Shown piece by piece: positions 41,897-53,253 of a stretch of 64,000 bases of DNA (positions are counted from its first letter, which is position 1; each line of letters starts with the position of its first letter). A program made the translations under genes and the position numbers. The notes beneath the pieces were generated by a model. The model did not search any database and was not told where the DNA came from. It saw only the letters and a list, made by a program, of their open reading frames with translations. Source of the DNA: an uncultured Trueperaceae bacterium (GTDB taxonomy: Bacteria; Deinococcota; Deinococci; Deinococcales; Trueperaceae); NCBI GenBank assembly GCA_963799485.1, contig CAWCXJ010000006.1, positions 256,001 through 320,000 of the forward strand, written 5' to 3'.

Positions 41897-44451
41897 TACT
41901 CGCCGCCCAGAGCGGTGACAGGCGACATGCGGGCGGCGCGCCGGGCCGGAACGAGCGACGCTAAGAGTCCGACCAGCGGCGACGACAGCAGCGCGACGAC
42001 GATAAGCCGCCACGGATAGATCGGGGTGATGCGGTAACCCGTCAGGGCGCTTGCACCCGTCGTAATGACTTGCGACAAAAGGAGCCCGGTCAAGACCCCG
42101 AGAACCGTGCCGAGTGCGACGACGACGATACCCTCGGCGGTGACCAGACGCCGGACGCCGCGCCTTGTCAAGCCCAGCGTGCGGAGCACCGCGACCTCGT
42201 GTTGACGGCTCGAGAGGTTCATCCCCAGCGTGTTGGCAACACCTAGAGCCGCGATAAAGATAGCCAACAGCAAAAGTCCGTTGGTGGTTGTAAAAGTTTG
42301 CTGCGTCAAATCCAGAATGCGGGCGCGGTAATCCTGGTTGAGCGTGACGTCGAGGTAGAGCTTGGGAAACGCCGCGATGAGTGCGTCTCTCGCTGCCGCC
42401 GGGTCACCGCCGGGCAGCACCGTCATGACAAACAGGTCGGGGGAACCGCCGCCGAACAGCTCGGCGTCTTCTAAGCTGCCGACAAACGTCTCGCCGCCGC
42501 CGGTAAAGTCCACCACGACGCCGCCGACCTTGAAGTCTTTATAGCCGTCCGAGGTGCGGAGGGTTGCGGTATCGCCTTTTGAAACACCGTAACGGTCACG
42601 GATGGTGTTGGCCGCGAGCACCTCGCCCCCGGCTTTTAAGGTCGTGTAGGCGTCCGCGGCGTCGCCCTGACCGGGGACGAACTGAAAACGCCCGAAGCCG
42701 GACGCGGGATTAAAGCGTTCCGGATCGACGAGAACGAGCGCGACGCTGCGGCCCCGTGGCGTACTCTCGGGGGTAAAACGGACGATGCGGAGGCCGACGC
42801 CGCTGACCTCGGCGATTGCGGGAACACGCGCTTTAATCTGCGCGGCAAAGTCTGCCGGAAAACTGACCGGCGAGGTCACGAACAAATCACCGACGACGGT
42901 GGTATCAACCCAGTCCTGAATCGAACGGTTGATCCCTGCGACCATCGCGCCGACGCCGATGGTAAGCCCCGTCCCGACGACGACCGCGCCGACGGCGACG
43001 CCGTTACGGGTGGCGTTACGTAACGAGAAACTCGAGCCCAACCGCCCGGCGAGCCCGAACAGCCGTTCTAGAACCGGGCTCAAAACCTTGAGCGTCGGTT
43101 TAAGGAGCGTCGGCGTAGCGAGGCTGAAGCCGGTAAAAAGCAGCCCCATCGAGAGCGCCGCACCGAACAGCGCCGTAAACCCCTGCCACGGCGCGAGCGA
43201 GGCGACGACGCCGGCGGCAAGGAGCAAAAAACCCCACAAGGGCGCGGCGCGTACCGCCGGGTCGCTCACGGCCCTAGCCGCCGCCAGGGGGCGCGTGCGC
43301 GAGGCGCTCCGGGCAGGCAAGTAGCCCGCGAGCAGCGAAATCACGACTCCGACGAGGCTGGCTAGCAGCACGCTGCGAACCGGGACGACGAGCGTCCGAA
43401 ACTCGAAGCCGAGGGCGACCGCGTTCAGGTAGGTTATCGCCGCCGACAACCCGACCCCTAACAGCAGCCCGAAGATAATCCCCAGGATGCTGACGAGCAG
43501 CGCCTCCAAGAGCGCCAGACGCTGCACCTGCCCCCGCGTCAGGCAAACCGTCCGCAAAAGTGCAAACTCCCGCTGCCGTTCCAGCACGCTCGCCGCAAAG
43601 GTGTTGTACGCCATAAAGCCGCCGAGCGCGATCAGCGTCGCTGCTAAAATCTGGAGCCCCGACTCGAGCGTATCGACCACGCCGGTCGCCAGGTTGCCGC
43701 TGCCTGCGGGCAAGGTGACGGTGTAGTCGGCCCCCAACTTGTTTTGCAGCGCGGCCTGCACCGCGCCGCTCTGACCCTGCTCGGTCAAAACCTCTAAAAA
43801 CGAGGCGCGCCCGCCTAGCCTCAGCGCGTTTTGCAAGTCTGCCAGCGCGACGATACCGACCCGCCCGCCGTTGGTCGTTGCGTAACCGAGACTGTCGTCT
43901 AATAGCCCGGTGACTTTAAGCGGCAGGTCGCCGAACTGCGCGGCGAAGGTGACTTCATCACCGACGCCAAAGCCGCGGCTGCGGGAGAAGCCTTCGGCGA
44001 GGGCGACGCCGTTTGAACCTGCCTGTGGCCACCTGCCTGCTGCCAGCTGACTCGGCAAGTCGGCGGGAACGCTCGTGACGCGGCCTGACAGCTGAAAGCC
44101 CGAATCGACGCCGGGAATGACCGAATCGCTCACGTCGCCGATGTCGCGCACGGGTTCGGCGCGGGTACTTAAAACCGGGTAGACGGCCCGGACGCCGGGG
44201 GTCGCTTCTACACTCTCTAAAATGTCGCTGGTGGTAAAAACGGCGCGCCCTTCTGCGCCGGGGGTGACGAGCAGATCGGCTTTGCCGGCAGCGGCCTCGA
44301 GCGCGCTCTCAACATTCGCCTCGACGTTGTCGCCGATTGAAAGCGTCGCCAAAACTGCTGCGATACCCAGCGCTACACCCAAAACGGTGGCAAAGGTGCG
44401 GCTTTTGTAACGAAACAGGTTTCGGCGCGCGAGGCGCAGCAGTACGGGCAT
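41896..44451 (-). CDS. FtsX/MacB-like ABC permease (double FtsX)
   Basis: RNLFR N-terminus; two ER.REFALLR / RQHEVAVLRTLG repeats; PARRAAR. Confidence 0.9.
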
Positions 44452-44690
44452 ATCCGCACAAGTTTAACAGGTCGCCGGGAGTATTCTGGTTATAGGCACC
44501 AAACGCTCAGGCGGCGCACCCGATCAAAGCCGCCTTAAACCTGCGTCCCGCGCCGGTTGCCGAAGCCCGCCGCAAAAGGCCGGGTCGAGCTGTTCCAGAA
44601 AACCTGAACAACGATGTTCAGGTTTGTTGTTCGGGTTTACGGCGTAAGAGCGCGTCATACGCGTTCCCGGGGGCGTGTTACAACATCCTT

Positions 44691-45653
44691 ATGACTCGCC
44701 CGCTCGTCAGCGTCTGCATCTTGTCGCACAACCGCAAAGCCGACCTCGTTCATACCCTGCAGGTGCTGCAAAAAGACCCTTACGCGCGGCTCGAGCTGCT
44801 CGTCGCCGACAACGCCTCGCAAGACGGGACGCCGGAACTGCTCGCGTGTAAGTTTCCTGCGGTGCGCCTCTTCAAGCACCCGCAAAATATCGGTATCGAC
44901 GCGCTCAACACGGCGTTTAGGGCGGCGACGGGCAAGTACGTGCTGGTTTTAGACGACGATTCATGGCCCGAACCGGGCGCTATCGAACGGGCCGTCGCGC
45001 GTTTTGAAAAAAGACCCGAGCTGGGACTCGTAACCTGCGACATCCTCGAGCCCAAAACCCGTAAACGCTGGGATTTGGCCTATCTGCCGCTCTACCCCGG
45101 TGACGAACCGAGGCCGTGGTTTTGTTTTCTGGGGTGCGGGTTTCTCATCCGCACAGCGCTCTTGCAAGAGATCGGCGGCTATCCGGAAGGATTTTTTCTC
45201 TACGCCAACGAAGCCCCCGTCGCTGCCGAGGTTTTTTTGCACGGCTTTGATATCGAGTTCTTACCCCAGGCGCGGGTGTTTCACAAGATGCCGAGTCGCC
45301 AGTCGGGGTACAGCCAAGCGCACGTCTTTTACGGGCTCCGCAACGACCTGCAGACCGCGTGGCGTTATTTTCACGGCTGGCGTTACTACGACATCTTTTT
45401 GGGCCGCCTGGTCACAGGCTTCGTGCTTCTGGCAACGCTCGGACGCGGGCCGCTGAAGAGCTACTTTCAAGCACTTAAAGAAGCGCACCACTACCGCCGC
45501 GTTACCACGCGCCGCCCCCTGCCCGAAGCTGCGATGCGGCGCGCGGTCGGGGCGTTTCACGGTACGACGCTGTCGACACTCATAAGTTATCGGACGCTCC
45601 GGCGGGTACTCTGGTATGTGGGGTTTTACAAAGACGGGCGGGTCGTCTCTTAA
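44691..45653 (+). CDS. Glycosyltransferase family 2
   Basis: VSVCILSHN, ADNASQDGT, LDDD, GGYPEGFFLY. Confidence 0.9.
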   Translation: MTRPLVSVCILSHNRKADLVHTLQVLQKDPYARLELLVADNASQDGTPELLACKFPAVRLFKHPQNIGIDALNTAFRAATGKYVLVLDDDSWPEPGAIERAVARFEKRPELGLVTCDILEPKTRKRWDLAYLPLYPGDEPRPWFCFLGCGFLIRTALLQEIGGYPEGFFLYANEAPVAAEVFLHGFDIEFLPQARVFHKMPSRQSGYSQAHVFYGLRNDLQTAWRYFHGWRYYDIFLGRLVTGFVLLATLGRGPLKSYFQALKEAHHYRRVTTRRPLPEAAMRRAVGAFHGTTLSTLISYRTLRRVLWYVGFYKDGRVVS

Positions 45654-45705
45654 GTTAGGAATCAAAAAGCCGTGACCCTCCTGATGAGCTGAGCGTGGGC
45701 TCGAG

Positions 45706-46776
45706 CTAATCATGCCCATCCGCTTTTACGGCGGTCTCCGGGGCGGTTTCAGCCGCTGTATTTCCAGCGTCTAGGTTCTCAGCTTTTGCGTTGTCCGACG
45801 CTTGGGGTCCCAAACGCCTGGCGAGGGCTGCGCCGCCGAGGGGCGGCCCCAGCAAAAACGACGAGTAAAACGCGATCAGCCGCCAGGCGATAACGGCCGG
45901 CACGACCCTGGCGGGATTACCCGGACTGAGCACGAGCGGCAGCGAGAGTTCAAAAAAGCCGCTGCCGCCGGGCGTCGGCACGACGTGCGAGGCGGCAAAG
46001 ACCAGAAAGAGAACCGCCACGGTCGGGAGCGCGGGCAGGTTTAGCCCCAAGTCGGCGGCAACCACCAAAAAGATGGCAAACACGCTGACGTGGACACCGA
46101 CGGAAAGAAGCTGCAAGACGGCGTGTTGAAGGCGCGTCGCCCCGGAGAGCCGCGCGACGGTCGCGGTGAGTCCGCCCGTAAACCGCTCCGCACGGGTTTC
46201 AAAACGTCTGAGGGGCCGCCGGCTAAAGACCCGGTGTACCAGTGGGGGTAAGGCCGCGAGGTGAAAAACCAGCAGATACCAGAGCCCCAAAAAGAGGGCG
46301 CTGGCTAACAGCCCGCCGGCCAACAGCCAGCCACCCCCCGGTAAACGCCGACTCAAATAGAGCGTCAGCAGAGAAGCGGGCGCAAACCACGCGTAAAAAA
46401 GGAGGTCGATGACGCTCGTGTAGAGCGCGACCGACCAGGCGTGCGCTTGGGTTAAACCGTCGCGCCGGAGCATCAGCGCAATCGCCGGGGCGTTACCACT
46501 GCCGCTCGGGGTAACAGCGGCGCTAAACGCGCCCAAAATGTGACAGCGGATCGCGCTCGGCAGCCGCAGGGTATAGGTGAGCGTTCGGGCCAAAAGCCGG
46601 ATACGCAGACCGCCGCAGACAAACGACACCCCCAACAACAGGGTGCTCGAGAAGAGCGCAGCCCTCGAGAGGGTAAAAACAGCGCGCAGGTCGGCGGGTT
46701 TGCCGAACAAAAGCGCTGCGCCGAGGCCCAGAAGACCGAAGACAAGTGAGAGTAAAAGCGGTCTAGCGAACCGCAC
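45706..46776 (-). CDS. Lysylphosphatidylglycerol synthase TM / flippase-like membrane protein
   Basis: Multi-TM; AVTPSGSG, PTPGGSGFFE, AWRLIAFY. Confidence 0.82.
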   Translation of the reverse strand: MRFARPLLLSLVFGLLGLGAALLFGKPADLRAVFTLSRAALFSSTLLLGVSFVCGGLRIRLLARTLTYTLRLPSAIRCHILGAFSAAVTPSGSGNAPAIALMLRRDGLTQAHAWSVALYTSVIDLLFYAWFAPASLLTLYLSRRLPGGGWLLAGGLLASALFLGLWYLLVFHLAALPPLVHRVFSRRPLRRFETRAERFTGGLTATVARLSGATRLQHAVLQLLSVGVHVSVFAIFLVVAADLGLNLPALPTVAVLFLVFAASHVVPTPGGSGFFELSLPLVLSPGNPARVVPAVIAWRLIAFYSSFLLGPPLGGAALARRLGPQASDNAKAENLDAGNTAAETAPETAVKADGHD

Positions 46777-46796
46777 GGCGACGCCTCCCGGTTCGG

Positions 46797-47906
46797 CTAG
46801 ACATTTACCTGCACAGCTAGCGTCTCAAATACCTTTAGCGCCTGCGCGACAACCTGATCCATGTTGTAGTAGCGGTAGTTTGCCAACCGCCCGACAAAGG
46901 TAACGTCCCGGCGCGCCGCGGCCAACTGTTTGTATTCGGCGTAGAGCGCCGCATTTTCGGGGCGGGGGACAGGGTAATAGGGTTCACCCTCAGCCTGCGG
47001 CTCCTCGTAGACCAAGACGCTTTTGGGGTGACGCTGCCCGGTCAGGTGTTTGACCTCGGTCACCCGGGTATACGGGGTGTCGTTGGGAAAATTTACCGTG
47101 CCGACGCACTGTACCGTCTCTTGCTCAACCGTCTCGAGGTGAAACGCAAGCGAACGGTAGGGCAGTTTGCCCAGCCGATAGTCGAAAAACAGGTCGATAG
47201 GGCCGGTAAAAATCAGGTGTTTATAGGGGATCATGTCGGCGACTTCGCGGTAATCGGTCTGGAGCAGCAGCTTGATATTGGGGTGCGCCAGCATCCGGGC
47301 GAACATCGCCGTGTAGCCGCGTTTGGGCATCAGCTGGTAGGTGTCGGTAAAGTAGCGGTCGTCGCGGTTCGTCCGGGTCGGAATCCTGGCTGTGACCGAC
47401 GCGTCGAGGTCTTTCGGGTCCAGTCCCCACTGTTTCCGGGTGTAGCCACGAAAAAACTTCTCGTACAGCTCACGGCCTACCTTGGAAACCACCACGTCTT
47501 CAGCGGTGCGGATTTCGGCGACCGGTTCGGCGCGTTCGGCGAAAAAACGGGCCAACTCGAGACTGCTCAGGTTCAAACCGTAAAGCTGATTGACCGTATC
47601 TAAATTGATCGGTAGCGGTACGAGCTGCCCATCGACACAGGCCCGGACACGGTGTTCGTAAGGCCGCCACGCCGTAAAACGCGACAGGTACTCGAAGACC
47701 CTGCGTGAATTGGTGTGAAAGATGTGTGGCCCGTAACGGTGCACGAGAATCCCGTCGGCGTCGAAATAGTCGAAGGCGTTGCCGCCGATGTGCGCGCGTT
47801 TCTCGACGACCAAGACGCGGGCGTTACGCACGCTTGCGAGGCGTTCGGCGAGGACGCTGCCCGCAAAGCCGGCTCCCACGATAAGGTAGTCGAAGCCTTT
47901 GGTCAC
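46797..47906 (-). CDS. glf: UDP-galactopyranose mutase
   Basis: IVGAGFAG, HRYGPHIFHTN, YTRKQWG, PYYPVP, GRLANYRYYNMDQ; GTG start at 47906. Confidence 0.95.
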   Translation of the reverse strand: MTKGFDYLIVGAGFAGSVLAERLASVRNARVLVVEKRAHIGGNAFDYFDADGILVHRYGPHIFHTNSRRVFEYLSRFTAWRPYEHRVRACVDGQLVPLPINLDTVNQLYGLNLSSLELARFFAERAEPVAEIRTAEDVVVSKVGRELYEKFFRGYTRKQWGLDPKDLDASVTARIPTRTNRDDRYFTDTYQLMPKRGYTAMFARMLAHPNIKLLLQTDYREVADMIPYKHLIFTGPIDLFFDYRLGKLPYRSLAFHLETVEQETVQCVGTVNFPNDTPYTRVTEVKHLTGQRHPKSVLVYEEPQAEGEPYYPVPRPENAALYAEYKQLAAARRDVTFVGRLANYRYYNMDQVVAQALKVFETLAVQVNV

Positions 47907-47993
47907 AGCGTCCGAGTATAACGCATGGCGTACAAGCCGACCTGTAAAGGTCGGCAAACTTGTAGCAGCCCGTATTTTTCCCCTGTACTGCCG

Positions 47994-49424
47994 TTACAAC
48001 ACGAGCTTCGCGCCCGGTTCGATAGCTTCGGGCAATTCGGCACCTGCCAGGTCTTCAGCCGAGAGTGCGGTCAGCGGGCTGATCTCGAGCACCGCGTCCA
48101 CCTCCCCGTTTTTGTAAGGGATTTTGACGCCGTGAGCTTCCAGCCAGCGCGCCGCCCGCAAGGTTTGGAGCTTTTTGCTGCTTTCGGGCGAATCGTTACC
48201 CGAAGCGTTTTTGATCGGCGCAAATTCCTCTACCCGGTCGGTCTCCAAGATGATGCTGCGCTCAGCTAACGGCAAGGCGTCGAAGATAAAGCGCTCGAGC
48301 TTGACGGCGTTCGGTTTTTCCGGCGTAATCCGTTCGCCGGTTTCCGGGTCGATATACGTCACCGCTTTTTCAGCACGGTGAAAGGGCAGCTCGAGCCTGT
48401 CCCCCTTACCCCTGGTCAGCCGCTGCGCGAACGACACCGAAATCACGTGAATAGCAATCGACCCCGCCCCAAACTCGAGTGCACCGTGTTCGTCTCCTAG
48501 TTCAGCGAGTGCGTCGGGCATATCCGAGTACTCGATAACGCAGGGTTTGCCGCCCGCCACACAAAAAACCCCGACTTTTTCCTTCGGATCGACCTTGCGG
48601 AGCATCTTCGACGACATCTCTGCACCGACTTGTGCGTGCAACCCGATAAAAAGCGGGTCGATGCAGCGCACGTTCGGGTTATCGACCTGAAAGTACGACA
48701 CTTGCGTCACGCCGCGCCGCACCATATCGTTTAGTGCGCCGTTTTTGGCGAGCGCACCGAGGCTGCCGCCGTGACCGTCCGGGTTCATCGCCAGGGCGTG
48801 CTTTTCTGCCAAGAGTAGCGCTCCGGTAGGGCTAAAGCTCGGCATCATCCCTTGCGGAAACAGCTTGACGTTTTCCCGGTCCAGCCCGAAGTAACCCTGC
48901 GCTTCGAAAAAGTCCTGCGTTACGGCGTGGTTCATCTCGCTCGTCATGATGTACCAAGGCACCGCCGCGTCGTAAAGTTCTTCAGTTTTGCGGAGCTGTT
49001 CGGCAAAGAGCTGAAACAAGGATTTGCGGGCGACAGGCGTCGCCGGAAAGGTGCCCTTGGGGTCGTCCCAGCCGAGGCGCGTCCCTTGCCCACCGGCCAC
49101 TGTAAAGGCGGCGACTTGTCCGGTGCGGATGAGCGTTTCACCAAGCGCGTGGGCGCGGCGGTATTCCTCCGGGTCGGCAGCCGCGGCCGGATAGTAAGGC
49201 GCAGGCTCGATAGGCTCAGGAGCGCTCATGTCGGGTTTTTGCCGGACGTGCGTCTCGATAAGTTCGGCAAGATACTCCCAGTTCAGCGCCGTAAGCTGTC
49301 CGATAAGCGCGGTTTTTTGCGGCGGCGTAAGCTCGGGATAAAAGCTCAGCAAGTGCTCCTGCTTTTGCGTCTGCAGGAGTTGCCGAACCTCTTCAAGCCG
49401 ACTTATCTCGGTTGTTTCACCCAT
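47994..49424 (-). CDS. UDPGP type 1 (eukaryote-like UDP-sugar pyrophosphorylase)
   Basis: AGGQGTRLG..PKG, PDGHGG, QVDN, IEYSD, KLERFIFD, EFAPIKN. Confidence 0.9.
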   Translation of the reverse strand: MGETTEISRLEEVRQLLQTQKQEHLLSFYPELTPPQKTALIGQLTALNWEYLAELIETHVRQKPDMSAPEPIEPAPYYPAAAADPEEYRRAHALGETLIRTGQVAAFTVAGGQGTRLGWDDPKGTFPATPVARKSLFQLFAEQLRKTEELYDAAVPWYIMTSEMNHAVTQDFFEAQGYFGLDRENVKLFPQGMMPSFSPTGALLLAEKHALAMNPDGHGGSLGALAKNGALNDMVRRGVTQVSYFQVDNPNVRCIDPLFIGLHAQVGAEMSSKMLRKVDPKEKVGVFCVAGGKPCVIEYSDMPDALAELGDEHGALEFGAGSIAIHVISVSFAQRLTRGKGDRLELPFHRAEKAVTYIDPETGERITPEKPNAVKLERFIFDALPLAERSIILETDRVEEFAPIKNASGNDSPESSKKLQTLRAARWLEAHGVKIPYKNGEVDAVLEISPLTALSAEDLAGAELPEAIEPGAKLVL

Positions 49425-49619
49425 CCCGTCCCCTCGGTTTAGCGTAGTCGCCTCTTCGAGGCGTATCCAGCTAGTTTAACGTAGCACCCCGATTAGATGT
49501 GTGCGTATAGCCAACGGCGCTTCTGCAACGCTCTTTTTGGCACATCAGTGACGTTCTTTTTTCTTTTTTAAGTCGCGCTTATGCCAATTATGCGCGCTAG
49601 ACGGCGCTACAATACCTTT

Positions 49620-50762
49620 ATGACCGCTTCATCGCCCGCCGCTGTTCGTGTACAAGACGCTGCGCTCTTGCCCCTTGCCCAAAAAGTTCTGGGCGGCGAA
49701 CGGCTCACTTTTGCCGAAGGGATGACCCTTTTTCATACGCCCGACCTGCCTACGGTCGCCCGCTTAGCCGACACCGTGCGGCGGCGTCTGGTCGGCGACA
49801 AAGCTTACTTCGTCCACTCGCTCCGGCTTTCGCAAACCAATATCTGCTACGTCGGCTGCACCTTTTGCGGGTTTCAGCGCAAAATTGGCGAAGAAGGTGT
49901 TTGGGATATGGAATTAGCAGATGTCTGGGCGTATCTGGACAAGCACCATCACCCCGACCTGACCGAAGTTCACATCTCGTCGGGGCATCATCCGAGGCGC
50001 AAATTTGACTACTACTTAGACTTGGTGCGCGGCCTAACTGAGCGCGGCTATCAGGTCAAGGCGTGGACGGCAGCCGAAATCCACCACTTCAGCAAAATCA
50101 CCCGGCCCCGGCTGAGCTACCGCGAGGTTTTAAGCGAGCTTAAAGCTGCCGGGCTCGTTGCGCTACCCGGCGGCGGCGCGGAAATATTTGCCGAACACGT
50201 CAGGACGCGTATTGCCCGCGCGAAAGTTACGGCGGAAGGCTGGCTGGACGTTCACCGCACCGCCCACGAACTCGGGCTGCCGACGAACGCCACGATGCTT
50301 TACGGGCACGTCGAAACGCTCGAGGACCGTATGGATCACATGCTCCGGTTACGCGAATTACAGGACGAAACCGGCGGCTTCAGGTCGTTTATCCCGCTTG
50401 CTTTTCAACCCGACAACAACGCGTTGGCCCGTGAGCTTAACAAGAGCGAGTTTACGACCGGCCTCGACGATTTGCGTAACCTGGCGGTCGCCCGCATCAT
50501 GCTCGACAACGTGCCGCATATAAAGGGCTACTGGATTATGATCACGCCCGAACTGACGCAGGTGACGCTCTCGGCGGGTGTCTCAGACATTGACGGGACC
50601 ATCAAAGATGAGCGTATCGCGCACGCCTCGGGAGCCTCGACCAACAAGGGGATGACCGAAACGCAGCTCGTGCAGCTCATTCAGGACGCGGGTCGGATTC
50701 CGGTACGCCGCGACGCGCTTTACAAAGAACTCAAAGTCTACGAACCGCTCGTTCCTGCCTGA
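49620..50762 (+). CDS. mqnE: Aminofutalosine synthase (radical SAM)
   Basis: TNICYVGCTFC, LPGGGAEIF, NATMLYGHVE, FIPLAF, HIKGYW; same operon as mqnA. Confidence 0.88.
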   Translation: MTASSPAAVRVQDAALLPLAQKVLGGERLTFAEGMTLFHTPDLPTVARLADTVRRRLVGDKAYFVHSLRLSQTNICYVGCTFCGFQRKIGEEGVWDMELADVWAYLDKHHHPDLTEVHISSGHHPRRKFDYYLDLVRGLTERGYQVKAWTAAEIHHFSKITRPRLSYREVLSELKAAGLVALPGGGAEIFAEHVRTRIARAKVTAEGWLDVHRTAHELGLPTNATMLYGHVETLEDRMDHMLRLRELQDETGGFRSFIPLAFQPDNNALARELNKSEFTTGLDDLRNLAVARIMLDNVPHIKGYWIMITPELTQVTLSAGVSDIDGTIKDERIAHASGASTNKGMTETQLVQLIQDAGRIPVRRDALYKELKVYEPLVPA

Positions 50763-51145
50763 TGAACCTCGAGCTGCGCCCCGAAACCTTCGCTGTATGC
50801 CGTTTGCCTGCGGACGCTGACCTCCCTGCTTGGCTTGGTGGCGCATTTCAAAACGTCACTCGCACGCCTGAAGAACTCTCCGTCGTCTGCGAAGCACGGC
50901 GCGTGCCAGAGACGCTTCAGGCAGAGCGAGACTGGCGCTGCTTGCGAGTATCGGGAACGCTGGCATTTCATCTTACAGGTATCTTAGCCGCGCTTGCCGC
51001 GCCACTGGCTGACGCGGAGATAAGTATTTTTGCGCTTTCAACGTTCGATACAGATTATCTGCTTGTTAAAAGTGATTTGCTAGACGATGCCATCCGAGTT
51101 CTTGAGACTGAAGGTCATCAGGTCGAGCAAGGTATAGAAAAGTGA
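50762..51145 (+). CDS. ACT-domain protein (ACT_7/CASTOR-like)
   Basis: TRTPEELSVVC, LTGILA, ISIFALSTFDTDYLLV. Confidence 0.88.
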   Translation: MNLELRPETFAVCRLPADADLPAWLGGAFQNVTRTPEELSVVCEARRVPETLQAERDWRCLRVSGTLAFHLTGILAALAAPLADAEISIFALSTFDTDYLLVKSDLLDDAIRVLETEGHQVEQGIEK

Positions 51146-51990
51146 ACACCTTCAAACCGGTATCAGCAATGCCTGTACAAGCGCAAGAACTCGAGCGCCT
51201 CGGCATCGTCTCGTACACCAACGTTGCGCCGCTACACTGGGGGCTTACGCCCTGGCCCGGTACGTCGTTCGTGCGGGGTGTCCCAACCGAGCTAAACCGG
51301 CAGCTGCTAGATGGTGAGATTGACTTGACCTTGGTCTCGAGTATCGAGTTTTTACGCCACCGCGACGTGCTGCGGGCCTTGCCGGATTTTTCTATCGCCA
51401 CGCTCGGCCCGGTCTACAGCGTCATGCTCTTTCACTGGGAACCGTGGGAGAACCTTACAGGCAAAAAAGTTGCGTTGACGACCGATTCGGCGACGAGCGT
51501 GCAACTGCTTGAAGTGTTATTGCGTGAAACCGGCATCGACGCCGAGTTCGTCCCTAGGCCCCCTGATTTGGACACGATGCTTGCGGCTTGCGACGCCGCG
51601 CTCCTCATCGGGGACGCCGCGCTTCACGAGGCGGTTGCCAAACGCCCCGTAAACGGCCAAAAACCCCTTATTACCGACCTCGGCAAAGCGTGGTACGACC
51701 TCACCAAGCTGCCCTTTACCTTTGCAGTGTGGGCGTCACGTAAAGACCGGCCGCCGTCGGAACTTTTGGTTGCCAAACTGCGCGCGGCGCGTGAACACGG
51801 CCTTGGCGAACTGGCGGCTGTGTCACGGCCTGAAGCGGCGAAACTGGGGGTTTCGGAGAGCGTAGTGCAGCGTTATCTGGGGAACTTTCGCTATTACCTC
51901 GAGCCTCCCGACCGCGACGGGCTGCTGGCCTTTGCCGAACAGAGTATCCCGGACTTCAGGCCGGACGAACTGAGTTTCTGGCATCTCTAG
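51142..51990 (+). CDS. mqnA: Chorismate dehydratase
   Basis: VSYTNVAPL, GVPTELN, GPVYSV, SATSV, LLIGD, LPFTFAVW. Confidence 0.88.
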   Translation: MNTFKPVSAMPVQAQELERLGIVSYTNVAPLHWGLTPWPGTSFVRGVPTELNRQLLDGEIDLTLVSSIEFLRHRDVLRALPDFSIATLGPVYSVMLFHWEPWENLTGKKVALTTDSATSVQLLEVLLRETGIDAEFVPRPPDLDTMLAACDAALLIGDAALHEAVAKRPVNGQKPLITDLGKAWYDLTKLPFTFAVWASRKDRPPSELLVAKLRAAREHGLGELAAVSRPEAAKLGVSESVVQRYLGNFRYYLEPPDRDGLLAFAEQSIPDFRPDELSFWHL

Positions 51991-52012
51991 CGCGCCCTGC
52001 TAAGCTGAATGT

Positions 52013-53253
52013 GTGACCGCGTTACCCGACGTTAGACTTGCCCGCAAACTCACCTGGGTGTTATTCACCGCCCAAGCTTTCGGTTCGGCTGGCTTTATCG
52101 CCGCGGCTACGATTGCCTCAGTTGCCGGGGCTGCCCTGAGCGGACGCGAAGCGTGGGCCGGAGTCCCGTCGGCGGCGTTTTTGCTCGGGTCGGCTTTGGC
52201 AGCGTACCTGTGGGGCGTGGTGATGGACGCGTTCGGGCGACGCACGGGTTTGGTGCTGGGACTCTGGACGGGTGTGTTCGGCGCACTCGTTGCGGCGTGG
52301 GCCATCGTGCAGGGGTCGTTCGGCCTGTTGCTCGCGGGGTTGCCGCTCATGGGCAGCGCGCAGGCGGCGCTGCAACTCGGGCGCTTTGCCGCTGCTGAAG
52401 TCAGTCCGGTCGCGCTGCGCGGTCGCGCCATCTCGAACGTCGTTTTGGGTGGAACGGTCGGGGCGATCATGGGGCCGCTCTTGGTCGGGCCGATGGGCGG
52501 GTGGAGCCTGAAGCTGGGCTTACCTGAACTGACCGGCGCTTACGCGGCGAGCGCCGGGATGTTCGTGTTGGCGCTGCTCGTGGTCTTTGTGCTGTTACGG
52601 CCCGACCCGCGCGATGTTGGGCGGCTTGCTTTAGGTGCAACTGAGGCGGTGAATATCAGACCGGCGAGGCCGCTGGGTGTAATTTTACGGCAACCCGCCG
52701 TTGTCGCGGCAGTCTCGGCGATGGTCTTCGGGCAGGTCGTGATGGTCATGCTGATGGTGATCACCGCGCTGCACATGTCGCGTTACGGGCACCCACTGAC
52801 GAGCATTGCGGCAGTCATTTCGTCGCACACGCTCGGAATGTACGCGTTTTCGGTCTTGTCGGGCAGGCTTACCGACCGCTGGGGCCGTGCGCCGGTCATT
52901 CTTTCAGGGGCCGGGACGCTGGTTTTGGCCTGTCTGCTCGCGCCGCTTTCGCCGCAGGTGTTGCCGCTGGCGGTGTCACTTTTTTTGCTCGGCTTGGGCT
53001 GGAACTTCTGCTTCGTGGGGGGCTCAGCCTCTTGTCGGATAACCTCTCCCCGGCGGAACGTTCGCGCACACAGGGCGTCAACGACCTGCTTTTGGGGCTC
53101 GCTTCAGCCACCGGTAGCCTCGGCAGCGGCTTCGTTTTTGCCGGCGTCGGCTACGCGGCGATGGGCTTTGTGGGCGCAGCCGTGGCCCTTCTGCCCCTGG
53201 CGCTGACGCTCTGGTGGTGGCACGGCTCCCGTCCCCGGATGGCAGAAGCTTGA
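52013..53253 (+). CDS. MFS transporter, frameshifted at about 53029
   Basis: DAFGRR, LTDRWGR; the C-terminal LSDNLSPAER..QGVNDLL... is in another frame and is restored by adding one C (GCC CTC TTG). Confidence 0.85.

Noticed and set aside
53028..53030. MFS frameshift as programmed recoding
   Set aside because: One missing C in a short run, with no slippery heptamer or stimulator; probably an assembly error.
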